Source of the DNA: Salisapilia sapeloensis CBS 127946
Lineage: Eukaryota > Protista > Oomycota
NCBI GenBank assembly: GCA_023334545.1
Contig: JAADVB010000074.1
Span: forward strand, 8,302-72,301
Direction: 5' to 3'
Length of the DNA stretch: 64,000 nt
Of this stretch, positions 12,710 through 24,969 are shown one piece after another. Position 1 is the stretch's first letter. Every line of letters starts with the position of its first letter. The notes below the pieces were generated by a model. It worked only from the letters and a program-made list of their open reading frames with translations, did no database searches and was not told the DNA's origin. The position numbers and the translations under genes are program-made.

Positions 12710-13101
12710 CTTTAGGAATAAAGTCAAATTGGGGAACTATCCGTGTCATTTGCACTTGCGTCATATACGAGTGCTGCAAGTCGGTCCGTCTACGGAGAAC
12801 GATGCAGCAAGATGCTGTGGTAGCGAAGGTGATGACTCAAGGATAGTTCCATCCACTTTGTGCCAGCTACGTAGTCTAGACAGGAGAAGTCGTCGGCTCT
12901 TGGCGTTCATATGAACGATGAAGACATATAAGGAGTATTTGCTGGTACGGCAAACGAATGGATGATTTTTATTTTACGCATACGAGGACGTGGAATCGCA
13001 GGAGACGAGCGTGATCATAAGGAAGAGATATGTAAAGAGAAAAATAAGATTACAAAAAATCCTTGTTCATACATGTGCGGAGGTAGATTTTATGTCGGAG
13101 A

Positions 13102-14110
13102 ATGACGCAAAAAGAAATGGTCGCACGACAGTGGAGAAGAATGAATAGCAGCGAGTACCAAGCAGCTGGACCACAGATGCTAGATCCTACCGAGGTGCAT
13201 AGAGACAGGCTAGAGGGATTGAATATGTTGTCATGTATTCATGCACGAGTTTGGAAACATTGGACGGGTCCAGACTGGGCTGCATCGACGCTATAATTAA
13301 CTTGGAAGTGACGATTGATAGGAAGATGGAACGACAGGAGCAGATAAAGTATCGATTGAGTCGGCAATGGGCGGCAATGGAAGAGGAAGAGCTCAAGGTA
13401 GTTCATTTGAAAGTCTTTAGCAGAGATCATTCACGATGGAATGTCTAGCTCGAACGAGAGAAAAAGAGAGTGGTGGAAGAGTGGGTCGCGATTGAGGAGA
13501 CGCAAAAAGAGTATGATATGAAGCGTACCAAGTAAGCTGTCGAAATGATAATTGCGACTTGTACCTGAATCAAGGTCTACCTAGGCTGGAGGAAGAGGTT
13601 GCAGTCCATTTCGACTTTCGACCTTTGGACGACGTTATTACTTTTAACGTTGGAGGGCAAGTATGGATCGCATTGGAAGCTAGTGATGACTAGGATCAGT
13701 AGCTTCAAGTGGAACTCTAAGTAAACGCTGATTAGATGTATCGATCGACTGTGCGAGTGTGGGCGCGGGATCGATTTTCGATCCTAGCTCAGCTCTGTAC
13801 CACGACGCCGAAACTTGAGCCGGATGAGAAAGATACATTTTATTTTGATCGAGATTTCTGGATATTCCAATTCATCCTCGAGTTTCTACGAGATCGGACT
13901 TTGCCAGACTCGATCGAGGTTCTGCGCGAGCTCTATTGTGAAGCGAGTTTCTATCGAATTGGTCTACTGCGACACGCGATTGAAGCGAAGATGCTTGGAG
14001 ATGAGCCAGTGCAACGCTCGACGTATGTGGTGGATTCATCAGGAAGTAGAGTCAATCAGACTTGTGGTGGAGTAGATTACCCAATGGATGACTTGGGTCG
14101 AATAGAATAG
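13102..14110 (+). CDS. Coiled-coil + BTB/POZ (T1/KCTD-type) protein, multi-exon, 5' end unresolved
   Basis: Exons join to give DDVITFNVGGQ|MYRSTVRVW...YFDRDFWIFQFILEFLRD...LYCEASFYRI, the T1-type BTB signature. Upstream exons are E/K/R-rich. The true start could lie near 12918. Confidence 0.75.
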
Positions 14111-14280
14111 CCTTCGTCACGCGAAGCGAAAGCATACGATTGAATGAGTGATGATGTCAACAAACCATGCTGATCTTGGGCGATAGCAAAGTAGATATCA
14201 AGCTGAAATGGGATTGTTCAAACACTTGAGCTAATAATAGTGTTCGCTTTGCATGTTTTGCTCTTGCATACAAGTACACG

Positions 14281-14809
14281 ATGGAGCTGTCGACTTCCAA
14301 GGTACATATGTCTGCGTGAACGATACCATGTCTCCTCATTCTATCAATCGATGTAGTATGAAGGTGAACATGACTTTGGCAGATACTGCGGTAGGGGGAT
14401 CATGCAAATGGAGGACGGAAAGATGTACGAGGGTGAATTTTATAACGGACGGTTCCATGGCCACGGAACGCTGCATATGGCCCTCGGTAAGATCGAGGGC
14501 CAGTGGGAACATGGCAAAGTAATGATCCATCTTATCCCACCCCTTCGTATGTCCGATTTAAGGTGCGTTTATGCATAGCATGTCGATGGCACGCTCACCT
14601 TTTCAGACGGACTCGAGTATGCGCCAACTGACTGGGGCTATTGTACGGATGGTAATCGATCGTACTACTGGGAAAAGGATGAGCAGGACAAGGACGATCT
14701 GGTGCCGAATGAACGACTCGGGTTTTGCAGTGGTGTGCGTACACCAACGATGGCCCTCGTATCGGCCTTCCGGAATCACATAGCCGAGACTGATGTCGAG
14801 GAGACCTAA
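14281..14809 (+). CDS. MORN5: MORN repeat-containing protein 5-like (3 exons)
   Basis: Spliced MELSTSK|YEGEHDFGRYCGRG...YEGEFYNGRFHGHGTL...WEHGK|HVDGTLTFSDGLEYAPTDWGYCTDGNRSYY follows the MORN5 pattern (MEYTGSKYIGE...GTYTFSDGLHY..NWHYCD). It is not visible as a single ORF in the track. Confidence 0.82.
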
Positions 14810-15357
14810 TGACTTGGAATGCATGATGCTTTGCACAGAAACTTGTCAATGTGTATGTTTGTACGTGTAGTTTCCCGAGTCGCTCTACACAGCTTATTTC
14901 ATCGCGTAGCACACTTAAGATGGATAAATGTAGAACCGTTATCATTCGACATTGAAAGTCATTCAATGCATGCGGATCCGTACATTTGTATCTGACTATC
15001 TGTGTCTCTCACATTCATCCGACATAAGTGGCGTTGAGAAGACCCATGTACCGCATTGGCCGCCACGAGTGCAACTGTCTGACTGGACTCAGATTTTCGT
15101 AGCTTCCTCCGGATCTCTTTGACTTTCATCCGTGATTTTCCGATAAAACGAGGACCCTTATGTCGATGTTTCGGGTCCGAAGCGCGTCTACCTGATGTAT
15201 GCGCTGATTCTTTAACAAGTGCTGAAAGAGATGGGTCGATTGGCCATGAATTATTGGTCACGAACGCGTTTAGAGTCGGACATACAGAAGCCATGCAGAA
15301 ACAAGACTATAGTCAATGATTTGAGAGCTGTCGCTGCTGTTCACATCGAATCGCACA

Positions 15358-15375
15358 ACTCATTTCGTAACTTTC
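15358..15375 (+). promoter_or_regulatory. Probable INR(+FPR) core promoter of the amino-acid permease
   Basis: ACTCATTTCGTAACTTTC about 50 nt upstream of the ATG; the FPR part is offset by one base. Confidence 0.45.
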
Positions 15376-15406
15376 CCCGGAAGACAAACCACTCATCTAG
15401 GCGAAG

Positions 15407-17077
15407 ATGGCAGGCGTAGCATCGTTCTTCGGCCACATCTTCCGGACCAAGCCGCTCAAGGTCATTCAGGCAGAAGAAGAGAGTGAACAGCTCGTGCGTC
15501 AACTCGGTCTCTTTGACCTTATTTGTCTCGGAGTCGGAGGTACCGTCGGATCCGGTGTCTTCTCCACCACCGGTAGCATCATCTCCGGTACCGCAGGTCC
15601 TGCTGCCTTTATTAGTTGGATCATTGCTGGCATCGTCTGCTGTATAAACGCATTCTCTTATATGGAACTCAGTGCTCGTGTGCCTTCTTCTGGAAGTACA
15701 TACGCCTACACGTATCACGGCATCGGCGAACTGCCGGCCGTCATTGCTGCGTGGCTGTTGACGCTCGAATACGGTTTGTCTGGCTCTGGTGTCGCTCGTA
15801 GTTGGGCTGACAAAGTCCTCGACTGGGACAAGGCCATGAAGGGCGACGACAGTGACGCCTACTACTGGTACGACAAGCCGCACTACAACTTCCTCGGTTT
15901 CCTCATCACCGCTGCCTCCGTTGTCGTCCTCCTCATGGGCGTTCGACTTGGCAAGTACGCGATCAACACGATATCATGCATCAAAGTCGCTGTCGTCCTC
16001 TTTATCATTATCGCAGGATTCGTCGCCATGGATCCGGACAATCTGTCGCCGTACATCCCGGAGCGTGGCCTGAACCCCAGTGGTGACGATGCGTATGGAG
16101 CACAAGGTATCATCACAGGTGCATCCTCCGCTTTCTTCGGTTACATTGGTTTCGACGAAGTCTGCTGCATGGCTGCTGAAGTCAAGGATAGCAAGAGGGT
16201 CATGCCGCGTGCCGTCATCGGTGTTGTGATGATCACGATGATCCTCTCATGCCTCTCCTCCTTCGTCTTATCTGGTATGGCGCCGTACAAAGAAGCCGAC
16301 AGCTTTGGCAGTGGCTTCGATCTCCAGGACATGCACTGGGCTGGAGAGATCGTGCGTGCAGGAGAAACGATCACGATGCCTGTCGTCGTCCTCGTCTCTC
16401 TCTTCGCCCAGCCCCGTCTGAACTACGCTCTCGCATGCGACGGATTGATGCCGCAGATCTTTGCTAAGGTCAACAGCAAGGGCGACCTCTTCTGGAATGT
16501 CCTGCTGACAGGTATCCTGTTCACGATCATCTCCTTCTTCGTGCCGTTTGATGTCTTGTGGGATATTGTCAGCTTCGGCATCTTGCTTTCGTTCATTCTG
16601 GCCAACATCTCGCTTTTGAACATCCGCTTCCGTGATGCGTCTCCACAACTAGCGCCCAAGTTGATCTGGTCTATGGTCGTCTTCTCCGGATTGGCGGCAT
16701 ACTGCTACCAACAGGGATATGTGGATTATGACAGTACGACGGCCTTAGTGTTCGCCATCATCTTCCTCGTCCTCACTGTCATCGTCACGTTCTTCCTCTT
16801 CTTCAAGTGCAAGCAACTAGCTGCGGACCCGACGACGTTCACTGCGCCGCTCGTTCCATTCTTGCAGATGATCGCGATCCTATTGGACTGGTACCTATCT
16901 GCCCAGATTCCGCACTTGGCCATGTTGTGTTCTGTTGCATGGATCGGAGCAGCTTGTATTTCCTATTTTGTCTACGGCTTCGGTCACTCTGCTGGCCGTT
17001 CCAACTGGAGTTCCCTCCTCAATCGAGTGAATGGTGGAGACCGTTTGCAGTCTCCGATGCTGTCAAGTAAGGCGTAA
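15407..17077 (+). CDS. APC-family cationic amino-acid permease (CAT-like), intronless
   Basis: GVGGTVGSGVF, ELSARVPSSGSTYAY, FFGYIGFDEV, FTAPLVP motifs; many hydrophobic segments; strong C-ending codon bias. Confidence 0.95.
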   Translation: MAGVASFFGHIFRTKPLKVIQAEEESEQLVRQLGLFDLICLGVGGTVGSGVFSTTGSIISGTAGPAAFISWIIAGIVCCINAFSYMELSARVPSSGSTYAYTYHGIGELPAVIAAWLLTLEYGLSGSGVARSWADKVLDWDKAMKGDDSDAYYWYDKPHYNFLGFLITAASVVVLLMGVRLGKYAINTISCIKVAVVLFIIIAGFVAMDPDNLSPYIPERGLNPSGDDAYGAQGIITGASSAFFGYIGFDEVCCMAAEVKDSKRVMPRAVIGVVMITMILSCLSSFVLSGMAPYKEADSFGSGFDLQDMHWAGEIVRAGETITMPVVVLVSLFAQPRLNYALACDGLMPQIFAKVNSKGDLFWNVLLTGILFTIISFFVPFDVLWDIVSFGILLSFILANISLLNIRFRDASPQLAPKLIWSMVVFSGLAAYCYQQGYVDYDSTTALVFAIIFLVLTVIVTFFLFFKCKQLAADPTTFTAPLVPFLQMIAILLDWYLSAQIPHLAMLCSVAWIGAACISYFVYGFGHSAGRSNWSSLLNRVNGGDRLQSPMLSSKA

Positions 17078-17199
17078 AGATGGTTGTTCTCCATTTGGAA
17101 TAAAAATGTGAATGCACTGTTTCTTTTCATGTTCATTCATTACAACTGCTAGACTTTATCCGCCATTCACAAACGAGTCAAAGTCTATCTACTCGTCAG

Positions 17200-18332
17200 T
17201 CATGTCCGTGAGGGTAGAGGCGTAGGGATTAGTTCACCTTGTTCAGTCGTAGAATGGGCACGAGCTGGTTTGCTGTCTTGAAGGTGCATGCGATCGAGAC
17301 CTAAGAGGTCGTCTGTCTTGACGCTCGGGTCTGCCACGCCTCCCACATCTTCCAGTAGCTTAATCAGATTATCGTTGACCTACTTTTCGTTAGTATGCTG
17401 TCGATACGATGCATCCTAGTGCGTGTATGCTTACAAGAAGGCACTTTTCCAATGTCTGTTCGTCGATTTTGCCAGACAAACCGCCTTCGATCAAGGTATT
17501 CATGCGTGGTTGGCACTGTCGTAAGAAGTCGATCAGGTCCTCGGACTCGTCGCTGTCTTGACTGCCTATCATGCGGAGCTCTCGGAAGCGCTCGATCTTC
17601 CCAAGAACGACCTTGAGATCGGCATGGAGTTTGGCGAGCTGCTGCTCTCGCGCACTTCCTGCTTGCATCGTCGAGCTGTCTTGTTGAATGGGCGCTGGAG
17701 GAGGCATGGACGTGGCAGTATCAGATGGTGGCGTGAAGACAGGAGCATCGTCGGCTCGTTCCGGAAAGCTTACACCTCGCATCTTTAATTGGTGGTACAC
17801 GTCGTGGAATGCAGCCAAGTCGGGGTTACTAGAAAACGTGTCTGCCCACTGCTTTATCAGACGAGTGGAAGAAGCCTGTACTTGTTCTCCGAGACTGCCG
17901 TCAGTGAGAGCAGCAATGCTCGCGAGAAAGCTGCGAGACGCGACTTGAGCATGAAGCGAAGACGATCCGTTCTTGACCAGTGTCTCAACTAGAATGAGTG
18001 CTAGTAGCAAGATATGGGGTGATGAGGACTGCAGTTTTCGATGGACTGATTGAATGATGTCTCCACACCTATATGTACATGGCGTGAATTTGACTATGAA
18101 CGTGATATCCTGAGAGAAAAGGACTTTATGAACGAATGAAGAGAACGTACATAGATGGGTTGCCACTGGACAAATCGCACAAAGTCAGGTTAACCTCCCA
18201 CGCAGGTTCAGACAATGTGGGGTCCGTCGCTTGGTCCACCAACGCAGCTACATCCATCGTCTCGTACATGGCCATCTCGTTCGTTTTCGGTTGTTTTACA
18301 GACTTCAAAAAGAAGTTTTTTGTACCATCCAA
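17200..18332 (-). CDS. VHS + GAT domain protein (TOM1/TOL family), 3 exons
   Basis: VHS: LVDQATDPTLSEPAWEVNLTLCD...ALILVETLVKNG...YHQLKMRGVSFP. GAT: CRQ-like LRQCQPRMNTLIE...CLL|VNDNL. The start could instead be near 18275. Confidence 0.9.
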
Positions 18333-18478
18333 GTGCCATTACCACGCATACCACGACAAAATACAAGCTCCTTTATAGAATAAACAGTAATTATACATGT
18401 AGCTAACATTATAAGAGCCGTAAATACAAGAACATGTTCATTTTGTGTCACTTGTCGAGGTGAGACGATCGAAGCGCG

Positions 18479-20164
18479 ATGCTCGTCCGTGTGAGAGTGC
18501 TGTATGGCGCCGCGGCAATGGCTGCAGGCTTTTTTGTCTACTCGTATGTACAGGACCAGCAGCTGCTTGAACGTAGCGAAGAGGACGAGGATGGGGATGG
18601 AGAGACGAGTGCAGATCGAGTCGTGTCGGGACAGCAGTTCTTTGCTGTGATGGATCGCATGCACCTCGATGAGCGTCAGAAAGCTGAAGTAGACAAGTTT
18701 TGGAAGAATCTCATCCACATGCATCAACAGAAACGGCTAAAGCTATTTAATACTGCTGGAGAAGTGGAAACGACGTTGGAGAGTATCGAAGGGGAAGATG
18801 ATGAACGCTGCGTTCGACTAGGTGAATTCCAGCAATTCGCTTTAGAGTATAAGAACGTCTATCCAGATGCATTTCCACATCACGAAGTGCTTGAGGCATC
18901 CAAACTCGCAGCAGAAGCCGTGCCTATGTGGACTGGACTCGTCGGATCGACCAGCTCGATCCTCGTTTCAACAGGAAAGAGGTTCCAGGATCTCGCGAAA
19001 GGAACCAAAGGTGGCATGGAGCTAGCGATGCATCGTACGATCCGAAAGTATTTAGAGAGAGCATTGGACGTCGTGGGTGATCGACTGAGAGAAGCTTTAA
19101 AGGATCCGAATATGCCGTCGTACTTGACGGCGAACATTGACATTGCAGTCGAACAGTTCATGCCGGACGTGAAAATGGAGCTGTTTAACAAGATGCGCGA
19201 TCTATTCCGTCAAGACTCTCCACCATCTCTTCTCAAGAACGGTGCAGCCGACGATGAAGACAAATTCGTTCAAGTATGCTCTTACGATAATATCCTGTAT
19301 TCCGATCGACTGACCTTTTGGAGCATAGTTGTCACCGTTTGCACGATTGAGAGGACACATTCTTTATCACCTTTTCCCATATGATAGGTCTATCTGGTAC
19401 TCGCTGCGTAATCCATGGTGGTACTTGTACACTGGTGTCGGCATCTTACCAGTCGTGGGTCAGATCTGGTGGCTTTTCCTCTACGTCATCAAAGACAAGA
19501 CGGATGAGCACCAGTTGTGCCAATTTATCGTTGGTTTCAAAGCTGCTCAGTTCTGTTCTCTCGGATGCTTTGCTGTCCTCCTTGGTGTCGCTCGGTATAC
19601 TCGCTGCATCCTCGTTGGTTCCATGGCACTATGTGAACAAAGTATTACTCGATCTATGCGTCTACTAGAGCTATTTCTAATTCTATATGTTGCGTAGCTG
19701 GGCCGATGCTTGGAGCATGGAACGCTTTCTTTTTCTTCCTACAGATCGTCCTCGTCTGGATGGCTTTCCTCCGTCTACCATATACTGTCCGTCCTCGAGA
19801 AACGAATCACCCTCTACTCTATCGCACTACATCTGCTTACAACCGCAAGTACCCAGCCTACCACGATGCGTTTGGAAACGAAGTACACATGGATCGAGGA
19901 GGATACTTGATGAGTCTAGCATGGTACGAGACAGTCGTGCTACTAGTTGTCGTCGTCCTCATTTGCCTCGTCTTATGGCTGGAGTTTGAGACGTGGCAAC
20001 GAAAAGCTCTGTTCTACTGGATCCGTACCATGTACGGCCTCTTCTCGCTACCGTTCGTTCTGTTTAAAATCCCGCTGCTCGCCACGTTACTCATGCATAC
20101 GAAACGGATGGGGTATAATGCACGAGGGGAGACGGTCAAGATGGTCGTGAAAGCAGAGTACTAG
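18479..20164 (+). CDS. Multi-pass membrane protein of unknown function, multi-exon
   Basis: ORFs 18479..19384, 19381..19668/19329..19697 and 19706..20164 can be joined through GT-AG introns (near 19274 and 19650). N-terminal anchor, acidic soluble region, then several TM helices (ARLRGHILYHLFPYDRSIW...PWW). Confidence 0.75.
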
Positions 20165-20231
20165 CGTATGAAGATGAAGTATTAAATGAAAAAAGATTTT
20201 GGTCTGGTTAGTTACTAGAGAGTGCAGCGTG

Positions 20232-21443
20232 TTAATGAATTGTACCACCACTCGATGTCCGGAACTTGAGATCGTCACTCGCGACATCGCTCGCATCCCA
20301 TCGGTTGACACTGTCGAGACAGCCGACGCAGAACGTGACGAGTCTGTACCTGGTGGAGTTGTCCCGATCGATGTAGTACATCTTCTCCTTCATCTGACAT
20401 GGCATACAGAGACGGACATCGCAGAGGCTACAGTGGTGGCTACGATAACCTAGTGGATGCTGTCGAATAACGGTGTCGCAAGTACCACAAACAGATTCGC
20501 CACCCATGGATAGCTTGGAGCGGTCCTCTTTCGAGCGATTACGAAGCGCATAGGCTAACTTCTTCATCCTAGCATTTAAAGAATGCGTCGTAACGAGTGA
20601 AGTGACATGCTTGGCAATCATCTTGGTATACAGTGGTCGTTGCAGCTCTCCACCGACGTACACAAAGGTCCGGACGAAGACGTCGACGCTATTTTCCCCG
20701 ATCTGGCGATATAAAGTACACGAAGCGACTTCACCACGAACCGTGTTACTGAGTTGTTGGTGCGTTTCTGGTAGGTTGACTGAATGCAGCAGTCGGAAGC
20801 CTATGCGTTCACCATTTGCAAGGTCTCCCGTGCCGCAGTAATCGATGTAGACGTAGTCGTGGTTCTTTGCAAGGGAGCGAACTAATGTGCTCTGCTTCAT
20901 CTCATAGTACCTTACCGTGAGTGTCTGGAATGGGTCTGTCAAATTCGGCTCGAGGATGGTGGCAAGCACTGCTACATTGTTGAACGCTTTATCGGCGTAT
21001 TGGTCCGAGATGCGTTGCTCCTCGATCGTGTGGGAGCTCAGGCCGTACATGATGTCATTTAAATTCGAGGACAAGGTCGCAACGGTACGGAAGTCGGCCA
21101 TTTCGTTCAGGTTTTCACCGAATTCCGTTGACACGTCAGAAACGCTCGAGCTCGAGTGTTCACTAGCACGGACGTGCCGAGGCGTAGCCCACCGCCAGCT
21201 CTTTTTGTATCCTTTCTGATCACCAGTTCGTCGCCGAAGGTACGTCGACAAATCACATTCTTGTTGCACGAGTTTCCACTCGTCCGGCGGCAGGACGCCT
21301 TCATCCTCCCGAACAAAGTTCTCGTACTCGTTCACGTGGTCCTGTACGAGTGACTGTCCTAAGGTTGCCAGTCGCTGCTTATCGTGCTCCAAAAGCTGGA
21401 GCGGTGGAAACGGACTTTCAAAACGTCGGGGATGCCTCGGCAT
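20232..21443 (-). CDS. Oomycete START-like + degenerate FYVE-type zinc-finger protein, intronless
   Basis: Family-typical start MPRH..FESPFPPLQL, START-like core (LHSVNLPE, VRGEVASCTLYRQ) and C-terminal CGTC...HHCSLCDVRLCMPC...FCVGC finger. Confidence 0.85.
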   Translation of the reverse strand: MPRHPRRFESPFPPLQLLEHDKQRLATLGQSLVQDHVNEYENFVREDEGVLPPDEWKLVQQECDLSTYLRRRTGDQKGYKKSWRWATPRHVRASEHSSSSVSDVSTEFGENLNEMADFRTVATLSSNLNDIMYGLSSHTIEEQRISDQYADKAFNNVAVLATILEPNLTDPFQTLTVRYYEMKQSTLVRSLAKNHDYVYIDYCGTGDLANGERIGFRLLHSVNLPETHQQLSNTVRGEVASCTLYRQIGENSVDVFVRTFVYVGGELQRPLYTKMIAKHVTSLVTTHSLNARMKKLAYALRNRSKEDRSKLSMGGESVCGTCDTVIRQHPLGYRSHHCSLCDVRLCMPCQMKEKMYYIDRDNSTRYRLVTFCVGCLDSVNRWDASDVASDDLKFRTSSGGTIH

Positions 21444-21674
21444 CTTTTCGGTATAATCACCAACGCCACAATGCTTTTCTTTTGCACCTCGAGTCAATGT
21501 TTGCGGCAGAAGTGCAGGCATTATGCATTCGTCTCATCGTAGTATTAGTTGTGGGAACCACCAATCATCACAAAAAAGGAACGCGATGAGATTGGAGCTG
21601 TACAAGGGATGCGACAGTAACGCAGCTATCCATTTTGTAGGCATCAAAGAAAGACGGATAGATGGAGTATATTT

Positions 21675-23899
21675 TTAAACGACTTTTCCAGCATAAGACT
21701 TGTCTTCCTGCGGCTCCGTGACTTTCGTGGTGGCTTTTAGATGGTGTCGGATTCTTGTCAAATCGGTTTCCAGCTCTTTGTTCGTCGGATCGAGCTCTAT
21801 ACTTGCCACGTAATCTCTTTCAGCTACATACGCAGTTAGCAATCCAAGTCAGTGCAAGGTTTACGATGATCAAAATGAAAGGTAACTATACCTTTCGACC
21901 AAAGATGCTGGATTCCGTACGCAGTGGCCCTGCGAACAAGTGTGCGAACGACCCACGCTCGACGTTGCGTTGAGCCTGCTGCTGGTCCACTTTCGCAGAA
22001 AGCAATCTCGGTGTTCGATTCGACCGTGTTTTCCCGTTGTAGTAACTCAAGAGCTACTGTGCAATCTTCAATGCATTTGTCAGAGTCATTCTGGAAGAGG
22101 TAGCAGGCAGCTCGGTTCGACAAGCAGCTCACTGAAAGTGGATACAACCGGAGCGAATGAGTATACTTTTCAATGGCGTCTTCTGCTTTTCTCTCTCGGA
22201 ACAGGCGGTCACCCATCATCTTTAGTTCATGTGCCTTTTCCAAAGCTGTCAGTTGGACGAAATCCTGTTCCAGCTTGTCATTTTGATTGTCCATGGTAAG
22301 TGCAACGCCATAGTCTGCTTTAGCCTCGGCATACTTCCCAGTCCGACAGTATGCCGTGCCACGACGCACGTACAAACGCAGCTTGATTCGACGCAGTTTA
22401 GGACTAATATCATCGCTTGTACGAGTATCAGGAAGATGTGCCAATGCGGTGGAACAATCTGATATGCATTCGCTGTATTGAAGGAGTTGGAGGTGGGAAG
22501 CACTTCTGTTCGATAGACACGAAAGGGCAAGCTCACTCGCATTATCTTCGATCAACGTCAGAGTTTCTGAGTATGCACTGGCAGCGCTCCGGTAGTCTTT
22601 CGAACGGTAGAAATCGTCAGCTTTTGCCTTGAGCCATATTGCTATAGGGATGCATGAGTTTCCTATCCTTTATGCTACTAATATAAACAGTACGATCGTT
22701 TTCGCTGATGTCAAACGAATCAGTGCGTGCAAGACCCTTGTGAGACTTGAGGTGACTTCGATTCTTCACGAGCCAATTTTCTTCGTCCACTGCTTTCGAC
22801 TCTCGTGTAGGCGTAGGAAAGACGCGTGGTGTGAACTTGACCTCTGCCTGGACACTTGCTCGAGGGGCTGGCACCTTGCGTTCAGACGTACGAATAGCAG
22901 CTGTCGGAACAGCGCGCACTCCATGGACGTTACAGTCGCGGCTGACTGTCTTCGTCGCTGCTGGTTTCGCCTTGTCTTTTGAGTCCGCACTTTTCATCAC
23001 AGTCTTCGCAATATCGAAGCTACCGTCCGATGTGAGCTCAAGGATTGCATCTTCATGCGGCGCATCCTCGACGTTAAATTCGTGGGTTTCTACTCTGGAC
23101 GCGAAGGTTACCTTTTTCTGGGTCGGTGTTTCCGTCTTTGCTTTCCACTCTTGTTCCTGCTTTTGGTGCTCCTTTGCCTCTTTTGACGTTGGTTGTGTTT
23201 GCATGGACCGGAAGGACTCGAAGAGAGCTGCCTGTACTGTGCGTTAAGCTTTCATGTCTATATAAATGGAAACAGAGATAGAGCATAAGCCTACTACTAT
23301 ACCTCCTCTCGCTCTTTCTCATCTGCTTTCAGGTCTTCGAGCATTTGACGCTTGATGTCATCCACAGCCATTTGAGCTCGCAGTGTCTGCTTTTCTTCCT
23401 CGTACTTTTTATCTTTGCGTGCCAAAGCTAGAGCTTCCTCTTTCTGCATACGACGCTTCATCGAGGCTTCACGCCGCTCACGAAGGACCTGCTTCGTACC
23501 TTGATAGTGGAGTTGATTCCATTGCTCTCCAGTCGTCTGGAATTTATTAAGATAATTGTCGACAGAGATCTACAAGTATAAAGATGAAACCTTTTGGACT
23601 GTCAGGCGAAGCTGCTTCTCGTCCTGGTCTTTCAGAACTTGAAGAGATGAATCATCCACGGACGCAAAGAGGTCGAGTAGTAAAACGTAAGGCGTACAGT
23701 TCACTTTAACGACTAGGTCGCTTACTATGAATCGAAAGAAGTTAATTGCTATGCCCTCATAACCTTCATGAATTAAGATGCAAGTAGAAATTTATGTACC
23801 GTAGATATCTGCGTTGTGGAGTGAACATGATGGCAGAAATACCTGAAGAGTAATCGAACGAGTATCTTCGCTCCAAGTGTACTTTGGTGTGATAGGCAT
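21675..23899 (-). CDS. DNAAF4: Dynein axonemal assembly factor 4 (DYX1C1): CS domain, coiled coil, TPRs; multi-exon
   Basis: Start MPITPKYTWSEDTRSITLQV...ADIY (CS domain), central PAPR...VKFTPRVFPTPTRES motif, C-terminal TPRs (CLSNRSASHL, LYVRRGTAY). Confidence 0.9.
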
Positions 23900-24001
23900 T
23901 GTATGGTGTGGTTGCTAGATCTTTTTGTTGCGACGCTTGGAGCTTTTAGATACCACTAACTTCAAGGATCAGTTTCGTCCGATGAGTTCATATTTTACGT
24001 G

Positions 24002-24274
24002 CTAATCCTTTCTCCTCCAGTTCATATATTTCCATGCCCAATAGTCCAAATAAGCTACCTATGGAAAAGTTGATATCATACTGATATATTTGGCGAAAGT
24101 TCCAGCTCATACAGACTCCTGCAGGTTGTGCTGCTGAATCTGGTTACCATCAGTGACCAACCATTGCCCTCTTTGCAGTAAAAATATAAACATTTAATCA
24201 GATAAACTGTTATCATACCTGCACATCTTCTTGCCTTCGCGCTTATGCACGCCAAAGCCACTCTTGCCCTTCAT
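24002..24274 (-). CDS. Candidate 3-exon 56-aa micro-protein or spliced uORF upstream of DNAAF4
   Basis: Exons 24274-24219, 24170-24113, 24058-24002 sum to 171 nt in frame; both introns (48 and 54 nt) start GTATGA and end in pyrimidine tract + AG. No recognisable homology. Confidence 0.3.
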
Positions 24275-24913
24275 TATAACCAGCGATTTCCAAGTTTCGG
24301 GTCAAGATGAAGACAGCTTAGTCCTACGAAGTACAAAGATAAACCACGAGAGGATTTAGAAGGGCCTAGCGCAAGTATCATAGGCCCCAAGCTTTCCAGC
24401 ATTCCGTGATTAAACTGATCCGATTTATCTGTTTACGGGAGTCTAGTAGTCAGTACACTTTCATATCCAACTGACTATAGCTTGGTTATGGCATTAGGCT
24501 CCATGGCATCAATTGCGTCGCACAAGAAGCCAGTTTGAAGTCAACTAGCTACAGTAGGCTTTCGCTATCTGCATATGATCACTCAGGGCATCAAGCGGTC
24601 GTTTGAGTTCTATCGACAGCTTCCAAATGCAATCTCCATACATTCCGACTACAACCCAAACATTCTTACTACTAACTAATAGATGAAGTAAGCAATGCTT
24701 GTGCACCTCTAGACCACTGAGTACCTCAGATCAATGATAAGATAGTTATACATGTATCATTGGACATTCACGTTGATCTTCATCCAAAAGTAGTAAAATG
24801 TCACGGATGAAGGATTTTCCTACGTATGCACAATCATCTACAGAGACTACAATACAATATTTTGAGTTGTACCCTCAATCATAACGATTTGGTAGAGTCT
24901 TTCTCCAGTGCAA

Positions 24914-24929
24914 CTTCATTATCAAATTT
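24914..24929 (+). promoter_or_regulatory. INR+FPR core promoter of GST copy 1
   Basis: CTTCATTATCAAATTT about 55 nt upstream of ATG 24970, close to the oomycete consensus GCTCATTYBNNNWTTY. Confidence 0.5.
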
Positions 24930-24969
24930 GCCGTTGCAAACACAAGCTATCCCTACTGCTTTTGACCTC

